DNA from: Candidatus Methylomirabilis oxygeniifera
GTDB lineage: Bacteria; Methylomirabilota; Methylomirabilia; Methylomirabilales; Methylomirabilaceae
NCBI GenBank assembly: GCA_000091165.1
Contig: FP565575.1
Location: forward strand, 150,001 to 182,000
DNA length: 32,000 nt
Direction: 5' to 3'
Of the stretch, positions 19,097 to 26,913 are shown piece after piece. The notes beneath the pieces were generated by a model. It was not told the origin of the DNA and made no database searches. It saw only the letters and a list, made by a program, of their open reading frames with translations. Every line of letters begins with the position of its first letter. The stretch's first letter is position 1. A program made the position numbers and the translations under genes.

Positions 19097-19747
19097 ATGG
19101 ACCTTATATCGGTCATCATTGCTGACGACCATACGCTCTCTCGAGAAGGGCTTCGACTGCTGTTAGCGCAAGAGCCGACCATCTCCGTGGTCGGAGCGGC
19201 TGATAGCGATCAGGCGATCAGTATGGCAGAAGCCCTGCAGCCGGATATTGTGCTTTTAGCTGTGAATATCCAGGAGTTGAGTGCTCTCAATGCGCTTTCC
19301 CTGATTCGCAAGAAATCTCCCCGAACCGATGTGTTGATTCTCTCCGGATGTCCTGATGATGAGCTTATGAGCGCTGCCCTGCAACTGGGGGCCAAAGGGT
19401 ATGTGTCGAAAATGCTCAGTCATAAGGATCTCGTAAAAGCCATCCGGGTCGTTCATGCCGGAGAGATCTGGGCGGGACGCAAAGTCCTGGCCGGAGTACT
19501 GGAAAGCTTGCGTCACAAGACACACGAGACGAATCGCTCCTTCTCGGAGACGCAAGAGGCTCTGACGGATCGGGAGCAGGAAATCGTAGGATGGGTCATC
19601 CAAGGGATGACCAATAAAGAGATCGCCGCCCGACTTGAGATCAGCGATAAGACGGTTAAGGCGCATCTAAGCAATATTTTCAGTAAGTTGAAGATTAGTC
19701 GACGATTAGAACTCGCTCTGCACCAGATCGTAGGACAGTCGGACTGA
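19097..19747 (+). CDS. NarL/LuxR-family response regulator with atypical receiver
   Basis: 216 aa; REC domain 'VIIADDHTLSREGLRLLLAQEPTISVVG' and intact HTH 'LTDREQEIVGWVIQGMTNKEIAARLEISDKTVKAHLSNIFSKLKI'; the position expected to hold the phospho-Asp is Ala55. Confidence 0.93.
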   Translation: MDLISVIIADDHTLSREGLRLLLAQEPTISVVGAADSDQAISMAEALQPDIVLLAVNIQELSALNALSLIRKKSPRTDVLILSGCPDDELMSAALQLGAKGYVSKMLSHKDLVKAIRVVHAGEIWAGRKVLAGVLESLRHKTHETNRSFSETQEALTDREQEIVGWVIQGMTNKEIAARLEISDKTVKAHLSNIFSKLKISRRLELALHQIVGQSD

Positions 19748-19979
19748 CCTGTTGCCTGCCCTTATTACCTCCTACACTCTACCCAAAGTCCTACGTCTAT
19801 TTTTTTGTTACAATACGCCAACCGGCCGATTGACGAAAAGCGTCACGTGAACGTATCTTATCTACAAGAAATAGTCAAATGACGACTTACTTTTGAGTGT
19901 AAGTGTAACCATTAAGTGTAACTATAAGGAAATGCCTGCGAGAACTGTAAGAGTGTGGCGGTCGAGATGGGGCATGATG

Positions 19980-19995
19980 TGGCATAACTGTTGCT
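19980..19995 (+). promoter_or_regulatory. Putative sigma-54 (-24/-12) promoter
   Basis: TGGCATaactgTTGCt; GG (19981-82) and GC (19993-94) separated by 10 nt, close to consensus TGGCAC-N5-TTGC. Confidence 0.55.
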
Positions 19996-20089
19996 TAAAT
20001 AAAGACTTAGAGATGAGGATAGTTGACGATGGATCATGGCGTTGGGTCAAGCCTTTTAAAGAGCCGATAGGCCGGCGGCGGGTGACCAT

Positions 20090-20578
20090 ATGACATCTGT
20101 CATCCATGTTGTTATTGCTGAGGATAGCTTAGAACTGTCCGAGTTATACCATGAACGGCTCAGCATTGCACCGGACTTGGAGGTCGTCGGAGCCGCGCGC
20201 AGCGGGCGGGAGGCGATCGCTGCCGTAGGACGCCTAAACCCGGATATCTTGACCTTGGACATAGACTTGCCTGACATCAGTGGGTTGGAGATCCTCCCTG
20301 TCATCAGATGGTGCAGCCCGACGACAAAGGTGATCATTCTCTCGGGCCACAATGAGGAGGCAACAATCGTGGAAGCGCTCGAACTTGGAGCGAAGGGATA
20401 CATTGTCAAGGGTGATGGGACCGACGTGGTAAAGGCAATTCGAGTCGTACAGAGCGGGGAGGTGTGGGCCAGGCGGCGAGTCGTGGCTCGCGTACTCGAT
20501 CGGTTGATTGGTCTAGCCATGGGTACGTTCCAGGAAACGGAAAGGCAAGCCGTGCCTGTACGAGTTGTGTTGTATTAA
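20090..20578 (+). CDS. Response-regulator receiver domain protein without HTH output domain
   Basis: 162 aa; REC with intact Asp57 in 'PDILTLDIDLPDISGLE' and 'GAKGYIVKG'; ends shortly after the linker. Confidence 0.85.
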   Translation: MTSVIHVVIAEDSLELSELYHERLSIAPDLEVVGAARSGREAIAAVGRLNPDILTLDIDLPDISGLEILPVIRWCSPTTKVIILSGHNEEATIVEALELGAKGYIVKGDGTDVVKAIRVVQSGEVWARRRVVARVLDRLIGLAMGTFQETERQAVPVRVVLY

Positions 20579-20623
20579 ACCGTATTATCTGAATCGTCGA
20601 TAGTTAGAGGGGAGGGTACGGCA

Positions 20624-21940
20624 ATGTGTGCCTCAGGGGTAGATCGCGGAAGTCGTATACGTTGTGCAGTGACTGCGCTCCTTCTGGTCGCCTTGGCGGC
20701 GATCACGTCGGAGGCTATCGCAGGAACACCCCTGTTTAATCGGCCGCTTGGCGAGGTTCGCGGGACGGCGCTCGCGCAGGTCTCCTTCGACGGGAAGAAC
20801 TGGATCTCGTTGGGCGCAGGGACGCTTCCTGTGTTCGATAAGATGCTGATCAGGGCCAGATCCGGGGTCGTGACTGTGAGCCTGTCCGACGGAAGCCAAC
20901 TGGAAGCGGGCCCTACGACAGAGCTGGCGATTACCGCAATGGGACCTTCCACGATCGCGCGCGTGGTAGAGGGTAATGTGCTGTTTAGATTACGGCCCGC
21001 CTCGTCTACTCGGCTGTCGATGCCGGGAGGAGTGGTTCACAGTGCCGCCGGCGGCATGAGCCGTGCCGATCAGATGACAGCGGCCCGCGTCAGCACGGGT
21101 ACACAGACTCAGCGAGACGCGCTGGGTGTGATTACCGCTCAGAAGGTGGGGCTGCCTCGAGTTCGCGTACTGGCTGGTGTGGTGGTGCTGGTCTCGCAGA
21201 ACGGCGCCGTCACAGAACGGCTGCGAGAAGGGCAGGCGCGAACCTTACTCGCTCAATCGTCCGGGATGGTTCCATTCAAACAGTATGCAGCCGCTCAGCC
21301 CGGCGGACAGCAGACCCCTCCGCCGACTGATCCTCCAAGTCAGGCGCCAACGGCTGAGCATGTCTGGACATGGCATCCCTCTCACCCTCAGCAGGTTCAG
21401 GGCGGATGGCAGGAGATGAGGTTGGACATGCCGCCGACAGCACCTCCTCCACCTTCGCAGGAGGTACGCGAAGGTTTTGCGTGGGCGTGGAAAGATCAGT
21501 GGGTGATTGCCAAACGAGAGTGCGGTCAATTTGCGATGTTCCGTCGGGAGTCCAATGAGGACTCGGCCAAGCTTCCGCCGCCGGTCGACCCGCCATCCCA
21601 GGCACCAAAGGCCGAGCATGTATGGGCATGGCACCCGTCGAACTCGCCACAGGTATGGGGTGGGTGGCAGGAGGTGCAACTTGGTTCTCCACCTGATGAT
21701 CCACCTCGGCCGGAACAGGAGCTGTATCGAGGCTTTAGCTGGGCCTGGGAAGAAGAACCTGAAAAACGATGGGTCGTTGTTGAAGAATGCGGTCTGGCTG
21801 CGGCGTTCTTTGCCCCGGCGGGAGGTGGGATTGCGGGATTGGTAATCGGCGGTGCGACAGTAGGGGCCATAGGTGTCGTACCGGGAACGGTGACTGGTCA
21901 TGGGGACGAACCCATTGCCAGTGACGTGTCCCCTAAATAA
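20624..21940 (+). CDS. FecR-domain protein with C-terminal tandem Trp-rich repeats
   Basis: 438 aa; N-terminal signal-like segment; FecR-like 'GTALAQVSFDGKNWISLGAGTLPVFDKMLIRARSGVVTVSLSDGSQLEAGPTTEL'; two related repeats aa 232-301 and 318-390. Confidence 0.82.
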   Translation: MCASGVDRGSRIRCAVTALLLVALAAITSEAIAGTPLFNRPLGEVRGTALAQVSFDGKNWISLGAGTLPVFDKMLIRARSGVVTVSLSDGSQLEAGPTTELAITAMGPSTIARVVEGNVLFRLRPASSTRLSMPGGVVHSAAGGMSRADQMTAARVSTGTQTQRDALGVITAQKVGLPRVRVLAGVVVLVSQNGAVTERLREGQARTLLAQSSGMVPFKQYAAAQPGGQQTPPPTDPPSQAPTAEHVWTWHPSHPQQVQGGWQEMRLDMPPTAPPPPSQEVREGFAWAWKDQWVIAKRECGQFAMFRRESNEDSAKLPPPVDPPSQAPKAEHVWAWHPSNSPQVWGGWQEVQLGSPPDDPPRPEQELYRGFSWAWEEEPEKRWVVVEECGLAAAFFAPAGGGIAGLVIGGATVGAIGVVPGTVTGHGDEPIASDVSPK

Positions 21941-21949
21941 AATAGCCGA

Positions 21950-21983
21950 CATCCGTCTGTCCCGTTCTCGGGACGAAGGGATG
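21950..21983 (+). promoter_or_regulatory. Stem-loop between the fecR-like gene and wza
   Basis: CATCCGTCTGTCCCG-TTCT-CGGGACGAAGGGATG; 15-nt arms with 12 matches, perfect 6-bp inner stem, no U-tract. Confidence 0.5.
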
Positions 21984-22033
21984 TGCAGGCGATCTGTGCG
22001 CGAACGTAATGGGAAAAGGTGGAAGATCGAGAG

Positions 22034-23122
22034 ATGTTAGAGCAGAGGGTTATGCCTGGTAGGGAAATAGCCGACCATATCCTGATCCTGTTGTTCGGGG
22101 TCGTATGTGTGCTCTTCACCTTCGGTTGCGCGACAAGTTCCGGAATCTCAAAGACCGAAGCCTTGATCGCCAACGCGACACGCGACGAGAGTCGTGACAA
22201 TTTGGCCCTGAACAGTAGGATACTTGCTATGGCCAGTCCGGATAGCCTGTCCGGCGATTATCGATTGGGGACAGGCGATCTGCTGGAGATTTCTGTCTTC
22301 GATATCGCCGAGCTCAGCAAGATCAAAGCCCGAGTCGGTGCGGAGGGATTGATTACGCTCCCACTGGCGGGAACCGTGTCGGCCGGCGGAAAGACGGCTA
22401 TGGAGCTTGAGGAGGCCGTAAAGGCGGCGCTTGGCTCCAAGTATATCCGGGATCCTCAGATCAGCGTCTTCGTGCTCGAGCATCATAGTCACCGGATCAG
22501 CGTCCTTGGGGCTGTCAAGAAACCCGGCGTATTTGAGGTCAGCGGGCCGCGCTCGGTGGTCGATATGCTGGCGATGGCTGAGGGGCTGACTGAGCAATCC
22601 GATCAGATCGTCTATCTGATCCGTAAGGTAGCAAAGTCGCCGGTCGTGCCGGACCCACTTGGTGCGCAACCCCAGAGCGGGTCCAATGGGAAATCCACTC
22701 AGGAAGCGGTGCTCGAAATCAACCTGGAGGAGATGCTGGTCAGTGGGAAGGAGGAGTTGAACGCCCCACTTCAGTCCGGAGATGTCGTCCACGTTCCAAA
22801 GGCGGGCAGCTTCTTTGTGGGGGGAGCGGTCCTGAAGCCTGGTTCGTATCTCTTGAAGGGCAGGGACGTCACGGTTGATCAGGCGATCATCGAAGCCGGC
22901 GGTGTCACGAAGGTCGCGGATTTTGAAGGCGTCAAGATATTTCGCGAGCTGAAAGGACAACAGAAGCAGATCATTGAGGTCAATCTCAACGAGATTGAGC
23001 AGGGCCAGAAAGGCCCCCTTGTGATGAAGAACGACGTCATTTTGGTGAGTAGCCATGGAGTCAAGTCGTTCTGGTTCGGTTTCCTCGAATTTATCCGATT
23101 CGGAGTTGGGGCATCTTTCTGA
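22034..23122 (+). CDS. wza: Polysaccharide export outer-membrane lipoprotein (Wza/SLBB family)
   Basis: Lipobox 'FTFGC'; 'DYRLGTGDLLEISVFDIAELSKIKARVGAEGLITLPLAGTVSAGGKT'; 'VLGAVKKPGVFEV'; 'LQSGDVVHVPKAGSFFVGGAVLKPGSYLLKG'. An alternative GTG start is at 22019. Confidence 0.93.
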   Translation: MLEQRVMPGREIADHILILLFGVVCVLFTFGCATSSGISKTEALIANATRDESRDNLALNSRILAMASPDSLSGDYRLGTGDLLEISVFDIAELSKIKARVGAEGLITLPLAGTVSAGGKTAMELEEAVKAALGSKYIRDPQISVFVLEHHSHRISVLGAVKKPGVFEVSGPRSVVDMLAMAEGLTEQSDQIVYLIRKVAKSPVVPDPLGAQPQSGSNGKSTQEAVLEINLEEMLVSGKEELNAPLQSGDVVHVPKAGSFFVGGAVLKPGSYLLKGRDVTVDQAIIEAGGVTKVADFEGVKIFRELKGQQKQIIEVNLNEIEQGQKGPLVMKNDVILVSSHGVKSFWFGFLEFIRFGVGASF

Positions 23123-23154
23123 TTATGCATGAAGACATATGTCTCAAGCGGCTT

Positions 23155-23240
23155 GTCATTCCGGGCTTGATAAGCCTGCCCCATACTTGATACGGGGGAA
23201 TCCAGTCGGGCCCTTGGATACCGGCTTCCGCCGGTATGAC
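23155..23240. repeat. Short intergenic imperfect inverted-repeat element
   Basis: GTCATTCCGG...GGAATCCAG...TTGGATACCGGCTTCCGCCGGTATGAC; terminal arms GTCATTCCGG / CCGGTATGAC match at 9 of 10 positions. Confidence 0.65.
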
Positions 23241-23299
23241 GGACTCGCGGTAAGCCGCGGAGAATGAACCCTTGGTAGATTCAAAAAGGATAAGGAGAT

Positions 23300-25609
23300 A
23301 TGGACCCCGATAATGCGCTCGTAAAGGCGAAGGATAATAGCGAGAGCCTGGCGAAACCTCAACTATGGCCTGTTCAGGCGTTTCCTGAGCAAAAGAAAGA
23401 CCCGCATCTCAGGGATTACTGGCAGGTGCTGCATAAGCATCGCTGGATCGTCCTCACCTGTTTCCTTGTCACGGTGATCACGGTTGCGACAGCGACATTC
23501 GTGCAGCAGTCGGTCTATAAGGCGACCGCGACTATTCAGATCGACAAAGCGGCACCGAATGTCCTGAAGTTTGAAGAGGTCTCGCCGGCTGCCAACAAAG
23601 AGACCGACGACTATTATCAAACACAATACAAACTACTGATGAGCTATTCCCTGGCGGAGAGAGTGGTCAGGTTGCTCAGACTCGACGTCAATCCGGAATT
23701 TACGGGAACGGATGCACCGGGTTCGGCCTCCCCAACATGGACCCGGTTCACTAACCTTGTGAACCTCGTACGTCCTCGGTCATCTATGCAGGCGGCTTCC
23801 GGTGAGACGTCAACCACCGAATCCCCCATAGTACAAAGCTTCCTGAAAAAGCTGGAGATCGAACCCGTGAAGAATACCCGCCTGGTGAAAATTGCCTTCC
23901 TCAGCACCTCGCCGGAGCTGTCCGCCCAGGTGGCTAATGCGATGGCAGAGAACTTTATCGAACAGAGTATCGAGCAAAAGGTGGGTGCGACGAAATATGC
24001 CGGCGACTTTCTGGCGAAACAGATTCAAGACGTGAGGATCAAGCTTGAGAGCTCTGATGAGCTGCTCCAGAAGTTTGCCAGGCAAAAACAATACCTTGTG
24101 CTCGATGAAAAACAGGAGCAGACGACCAAACAGCTTTCACTGCTCACCGATGCCCTGATGAAGGCGCGCAGCGATCGGCTGGCGAAAGAGGCGCTGCATC
24201 GACAGACCCAGGGACAGGATTTCCAGTCAATCCCGTCGGTGCTGGAAAATGCGCTGATCGTTGACTTGAAGAAAGAGTATTTCCGCCTGCAAGCGGAATA
24301 CAGGAAGTTGTCTGAGACGTTTCTACCGGACTATCCCAGGATGGTGGCGCTGAAGAGCAATATTGAGGAGGTGAAGAGCCGGCTCGATGGTGAGGTCCAA
24401 AAGATTATCGATGGGCTCCGGTCGAGCTATGAGGCGGCCGTAAAATCGGAACATCTGCTCCAATCGTCGGTGGACAAGCAGAAACAGGTGACGCTGAAGA
24501 CGAATGAAGATTCGATTCAGTACAACATCCTGAAGCGAGAGGTCGACATCAATCGCGAACTGTATGCCGGCCTGTTGCAGCGCATGAAAGAGACGGCCGT
24601 TTCTGCAGGACTCGATTCGACGAATATCCAGATCGCTGACCGGGCCAAGGTTCCTCTCTTTCCCGATCGTCCTAAGAAGTTGCTTAACCTGGCGCTCGGG
24701 ATCGTTCTTGGTTTGAGCCTGGGGATCGGCTTGGCCTTCTTCGCCGACTACCTCGACAACACGGTCAATAAGATCGAAGAGGTCGAATCGACGTTCGCAT
24801 TGCCGATTCTTGGGGCCGTGCCGGCCTTGGCCTCCGCCGAACGAAGGAAGCGGCTGAAAGGAGCGACCAACGGCCAAGGCGCGAAGTCGTTTGAACTGAT
24901 GATGCACCAGGATCAGTCATCCTTGGTCAGTGAGGCCATTCGGAACATCCGGACCTCGCTCCTCTTCTCCCTTCCGGACAATCCGCCTAAGCTGCTTCTT
25001 GTGACGAGCGCAGAGCCGGGCGACGGCAAAACCGGCGTATCGATCAATCTTTCTGTTGCGCTGTCACAACTGGGCAGTGACATTTTGCTCATCGATGCGG
25101 ATATGCGCTATCCGGATTGTCACCGACTGTTGGAGCAGGATCGGACGCCAGGGCTGTCGAACTTTCTTGTGGGGGACGCAGAGCTCAGCGCCGCAATCAA
25201 ACCGACGACCATCCCCAACCTCTATCTGCTGCCGGCGGGGCAATCGCCATTGAACCCGGCGGAGCTGCTTGGTTCCGAGCGGATGAGGGATGCTCTGGAG
25301 CTGCTCTGCAGACAGTTCAAGCATGTGATCATCGACTCGCCGCCGATACTGGGATTTACTGATAGTGTCCTGCTGTCTACATTCGCCGACGGCACCTTGC
25401 TTGTTATCCGTGCAGGTAAAACGGTCCGCGATGCCGCCCTCAGGGCGGTGAGAACGCTCAACGCAGTGAATGCGAAACTCTTGGGTGTCGTCCTGAACAG
25501 CCTGGAACTGCATGGCAACGGGTATTCGTACTATCAGGACTATCACGACTATTATCACCGGAAATCCGAGCGGCGCGACTCGGTGATGTCTCACCGTGAT
25601 TCCCACTAA
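23300..25609 (+). CDS. wzc: Polysaccharide co-polymerase / bacterial tyrosine autokinase (Wzc/CpsD type)
   Basis: 769 aa; Wzz N-domain, coiled coil, Walker A 'SAEPGDGKTGVSINLSVALSQLG', 'LLIDADMRYPD', 'HVIIDSPP'; C-terminal tyrosine cluster 'YSYYQDYHDYYHR'. Confidence 0.94.
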   Translation: MDPDNALVKAKDNSESLAKPQLWPVQAFPEQKKDPHLRDYWQVLHKHRWIVLTCFLVTVITVATATFVQQSVYKATATIQIDKAAPNVLKFEEVSPAANKETDDYYQTQYKLLMSYSLAERVVRLLRLDVNPEFTGTDAPGSASPTWTRFTNLVNLVRPRSSMQAASGETSTTESPIVQSFLKKLEIEPVKNTRLVKIAFLSTSPELSAQVANAMAENFIEQSIEQKVGATKYAGDFLAKQIQDVRIKLESSDELLQKFARQKQYLVLDEKQEQTTKQLSLLTDALMKARSDRLAKEALHRQTQGQDFQSIPSVLENALIVDLKKEYFRLQAEYRKLSETFLPDYPRMVALKSNIEEVKSRLDGEVQKIIDGLRSSYEAAVKSEHLLQSSVDKQKQVTLKTNEDSIQYNILKREVDINRELYAGLLQRMKETAVSAGLDSTNIQIADRAKVPLFPDRPKKLLNLALGIVLGLSLGIGLAFFADYLDNTVNKIEEVESTFALPILGAVPALASAERRKRLKGATNGQGAKSFELMMHQDQSSLVSEAIRNIRTSLLFSLPDNPPKLLLVTSAEPGDGKTGVSINLSVALSQLGSDILLIDADMRYPDCHRLLEQDRTPGLSNFLVGDAELSAAIKPTTIPNLYLLPAGQSPLNPAELLGSERMRDALELLCRQFKHVIIDSPPILGFTDSVLLSTFADGTLLVIRAGKTVRDAALRAVRTLNAVNAKLLGVVLNSLELHGNGYSYYQDYHDYYHRKSERRDSVMSHRDSH

Positions 25610-25626
25610 GAGGGAGATGTGATCTC

Positions 25627-26907
25627 ATGGTTCTGGCGGTTAGAACCTCTTCAGGGAGGGTGATCTCCCTTGTCTTTCTGGCTTGCCTTATCATCCTGGC
25701 CGCCTGGATGATTCTTCGTCCCTGGGTGGCCGGCTTCGCAATTCCCCCGCTTGCCCACGACCCTGACCTGCTGCGCGCCTGGCGGTCTCACCCCGAACAC
25801 CGTCAGTATCGGCACCAGTACATGGGGAGGATCCGCCAATATAGCGTCGGCCTCCAGGACTACCAGGAGGCCTCGAAGCAGTATCGAATGGCACTTCGAG
25901 AGAACCCCCTCTCAAGTCGGACGTGGTTCGATTCAGCAAGGGTCCACTGGTGGCTGGGGCAGGTCAAAGAGGCCAGGGACGCCCTGGGGCTTGCGTTGCG
26001 GTTCAACTCCAGCAGTTCAAGACTGCGTTGGGAGGCTGCCCTATTCCAGATCCAGCTCGAGGACTACGAGGGCGCGATTGCCAACCTGCGACATCTGATG
26101 ATAACCGAACCACGTCAGCGCCAGACCTATTTCACCCTTATCCACACCCTCATGCGGCCGGCGGATTTCATCGATACGACCTTACCCGCTGAGCCGGGGG
26201 TCTTATCGGACTATCTGGACTACCTGGTCAGGCAGGAAGAGGTAGAGAGCGGGAGGGTGGTATGGCGGCGGCTGACCGGCCTTAACCCTTCTCAGCTTAA
26301 TCCGAGTATAGCCCTATCGTATGTGGATATGATGCTCGAGCACAAGGACCTATCGGAGGCCATATCTTCCTGGAACCTACTGTTGCGGTTACGGGGGATT
26401 CGCAGGACAGCGGATAGCCTGGGCAACCTGGTGTGGAACGGCGGATTCGAGCGCGACGACACAGGGGGGGGCGGATTCGATTGGCGGATTGGGCGGGGCG
26501 CCGGGGCAGAGGTGGGGGTCAGTTCGACGAACTCTTCGGAGGGGACGCGAGCGCTCAAGATTGCTTTTGATGGTACACACAATCCGGGTCTGATCGCTGC
26601 ATTTCAGATAATTCCTGTAATGCCGAGGACGCGTTATTTGCTGAGCGGGTCGATCGCCACTGCAGGGATCACAACCACGAGCGGCATCTACCTAGAGGTA
26701 AAAAACTTTCTCGATGACAGGCGTTATGCCGCGAGTGAGAGCTACGTCGGCGACCATCCGTGGTCTGAGGTGCGTGTACCGTTTGAAACCCCTCCTGAGG
26801 CTCAGGCCATCATTCTTAAGATTCGGCGAGATACGAGTCAAAAGCTCGACAATCTCATCGGAGGGACCGCCTGGATTGACCGGATATCTCTCCGAAGACT
26901 TGATTAA
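25627..26907 (+). CDS. TPR protein with C-terminal carbohydrate-binding-like beta-sandwich
   Basis: 426 aa; N-terminal TM; TPR region; C-terminal 'LVWNGGFERDD...GFDWRIGRG...LIGGTAWIDRISLRRLD' has the pattern of CBM4/9-like galactose-binding folds. Confidence 0.7.
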   Translation: MVLAVRTSSGRVISLVFLACLIILAAWMILRPWVAGFAIPPLAHDPDLLRAWRSHPEHRQYRHQYMGRIRQYSVGLQDYQEASKQYRMALRENPLSSRTWFDSARVHWWLGQVKEARDALGLALRFNSSSSRLRWEAALFQIQLEDYEGAIANLRHLMITEPRQRQTYFTLIHTLMRPADFIDTTLPAEPGVLSDYLDYLVRQEEVESGRVVWRRLTGLNPSQLNPSIALSYVDMMLEHKDLSEAISSWNLLLRLRGIRRTADSLGNLVWNGGFERDDTGGGGFDWRIGRGAGAEVGVSSTNSSEGTRALKIAFDGTHNPGLIAAFQIIPVMPRTRYLLSGSIATAGITTTSGIYLEVKNFLDDRRYAASESYVGDHPWSEVRVPFETPPEAQAIILKIRRDTSQKLDNLIGGTAWIDRISLRRLD

Positions 26908-26913
26908 GGTACC

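Noticed and set aside
20500-20623. Frameshifted HTH remnant after the second receiver protein
   Set aside because: Translation after the linker shows no LuxR-like 'LTxREREV...NKEIA' pattern and only about 45 nt remain before the next gene, so this is a true absence of the domain rather than one simple frameshift.
21245-21952. 235-aa minus-strand ORF opposite the fecR-like gene
   Set aside because: Antisense of the repeat-containing FecR protein; its internal repetitiveness is explained by the sense-strand duplication.
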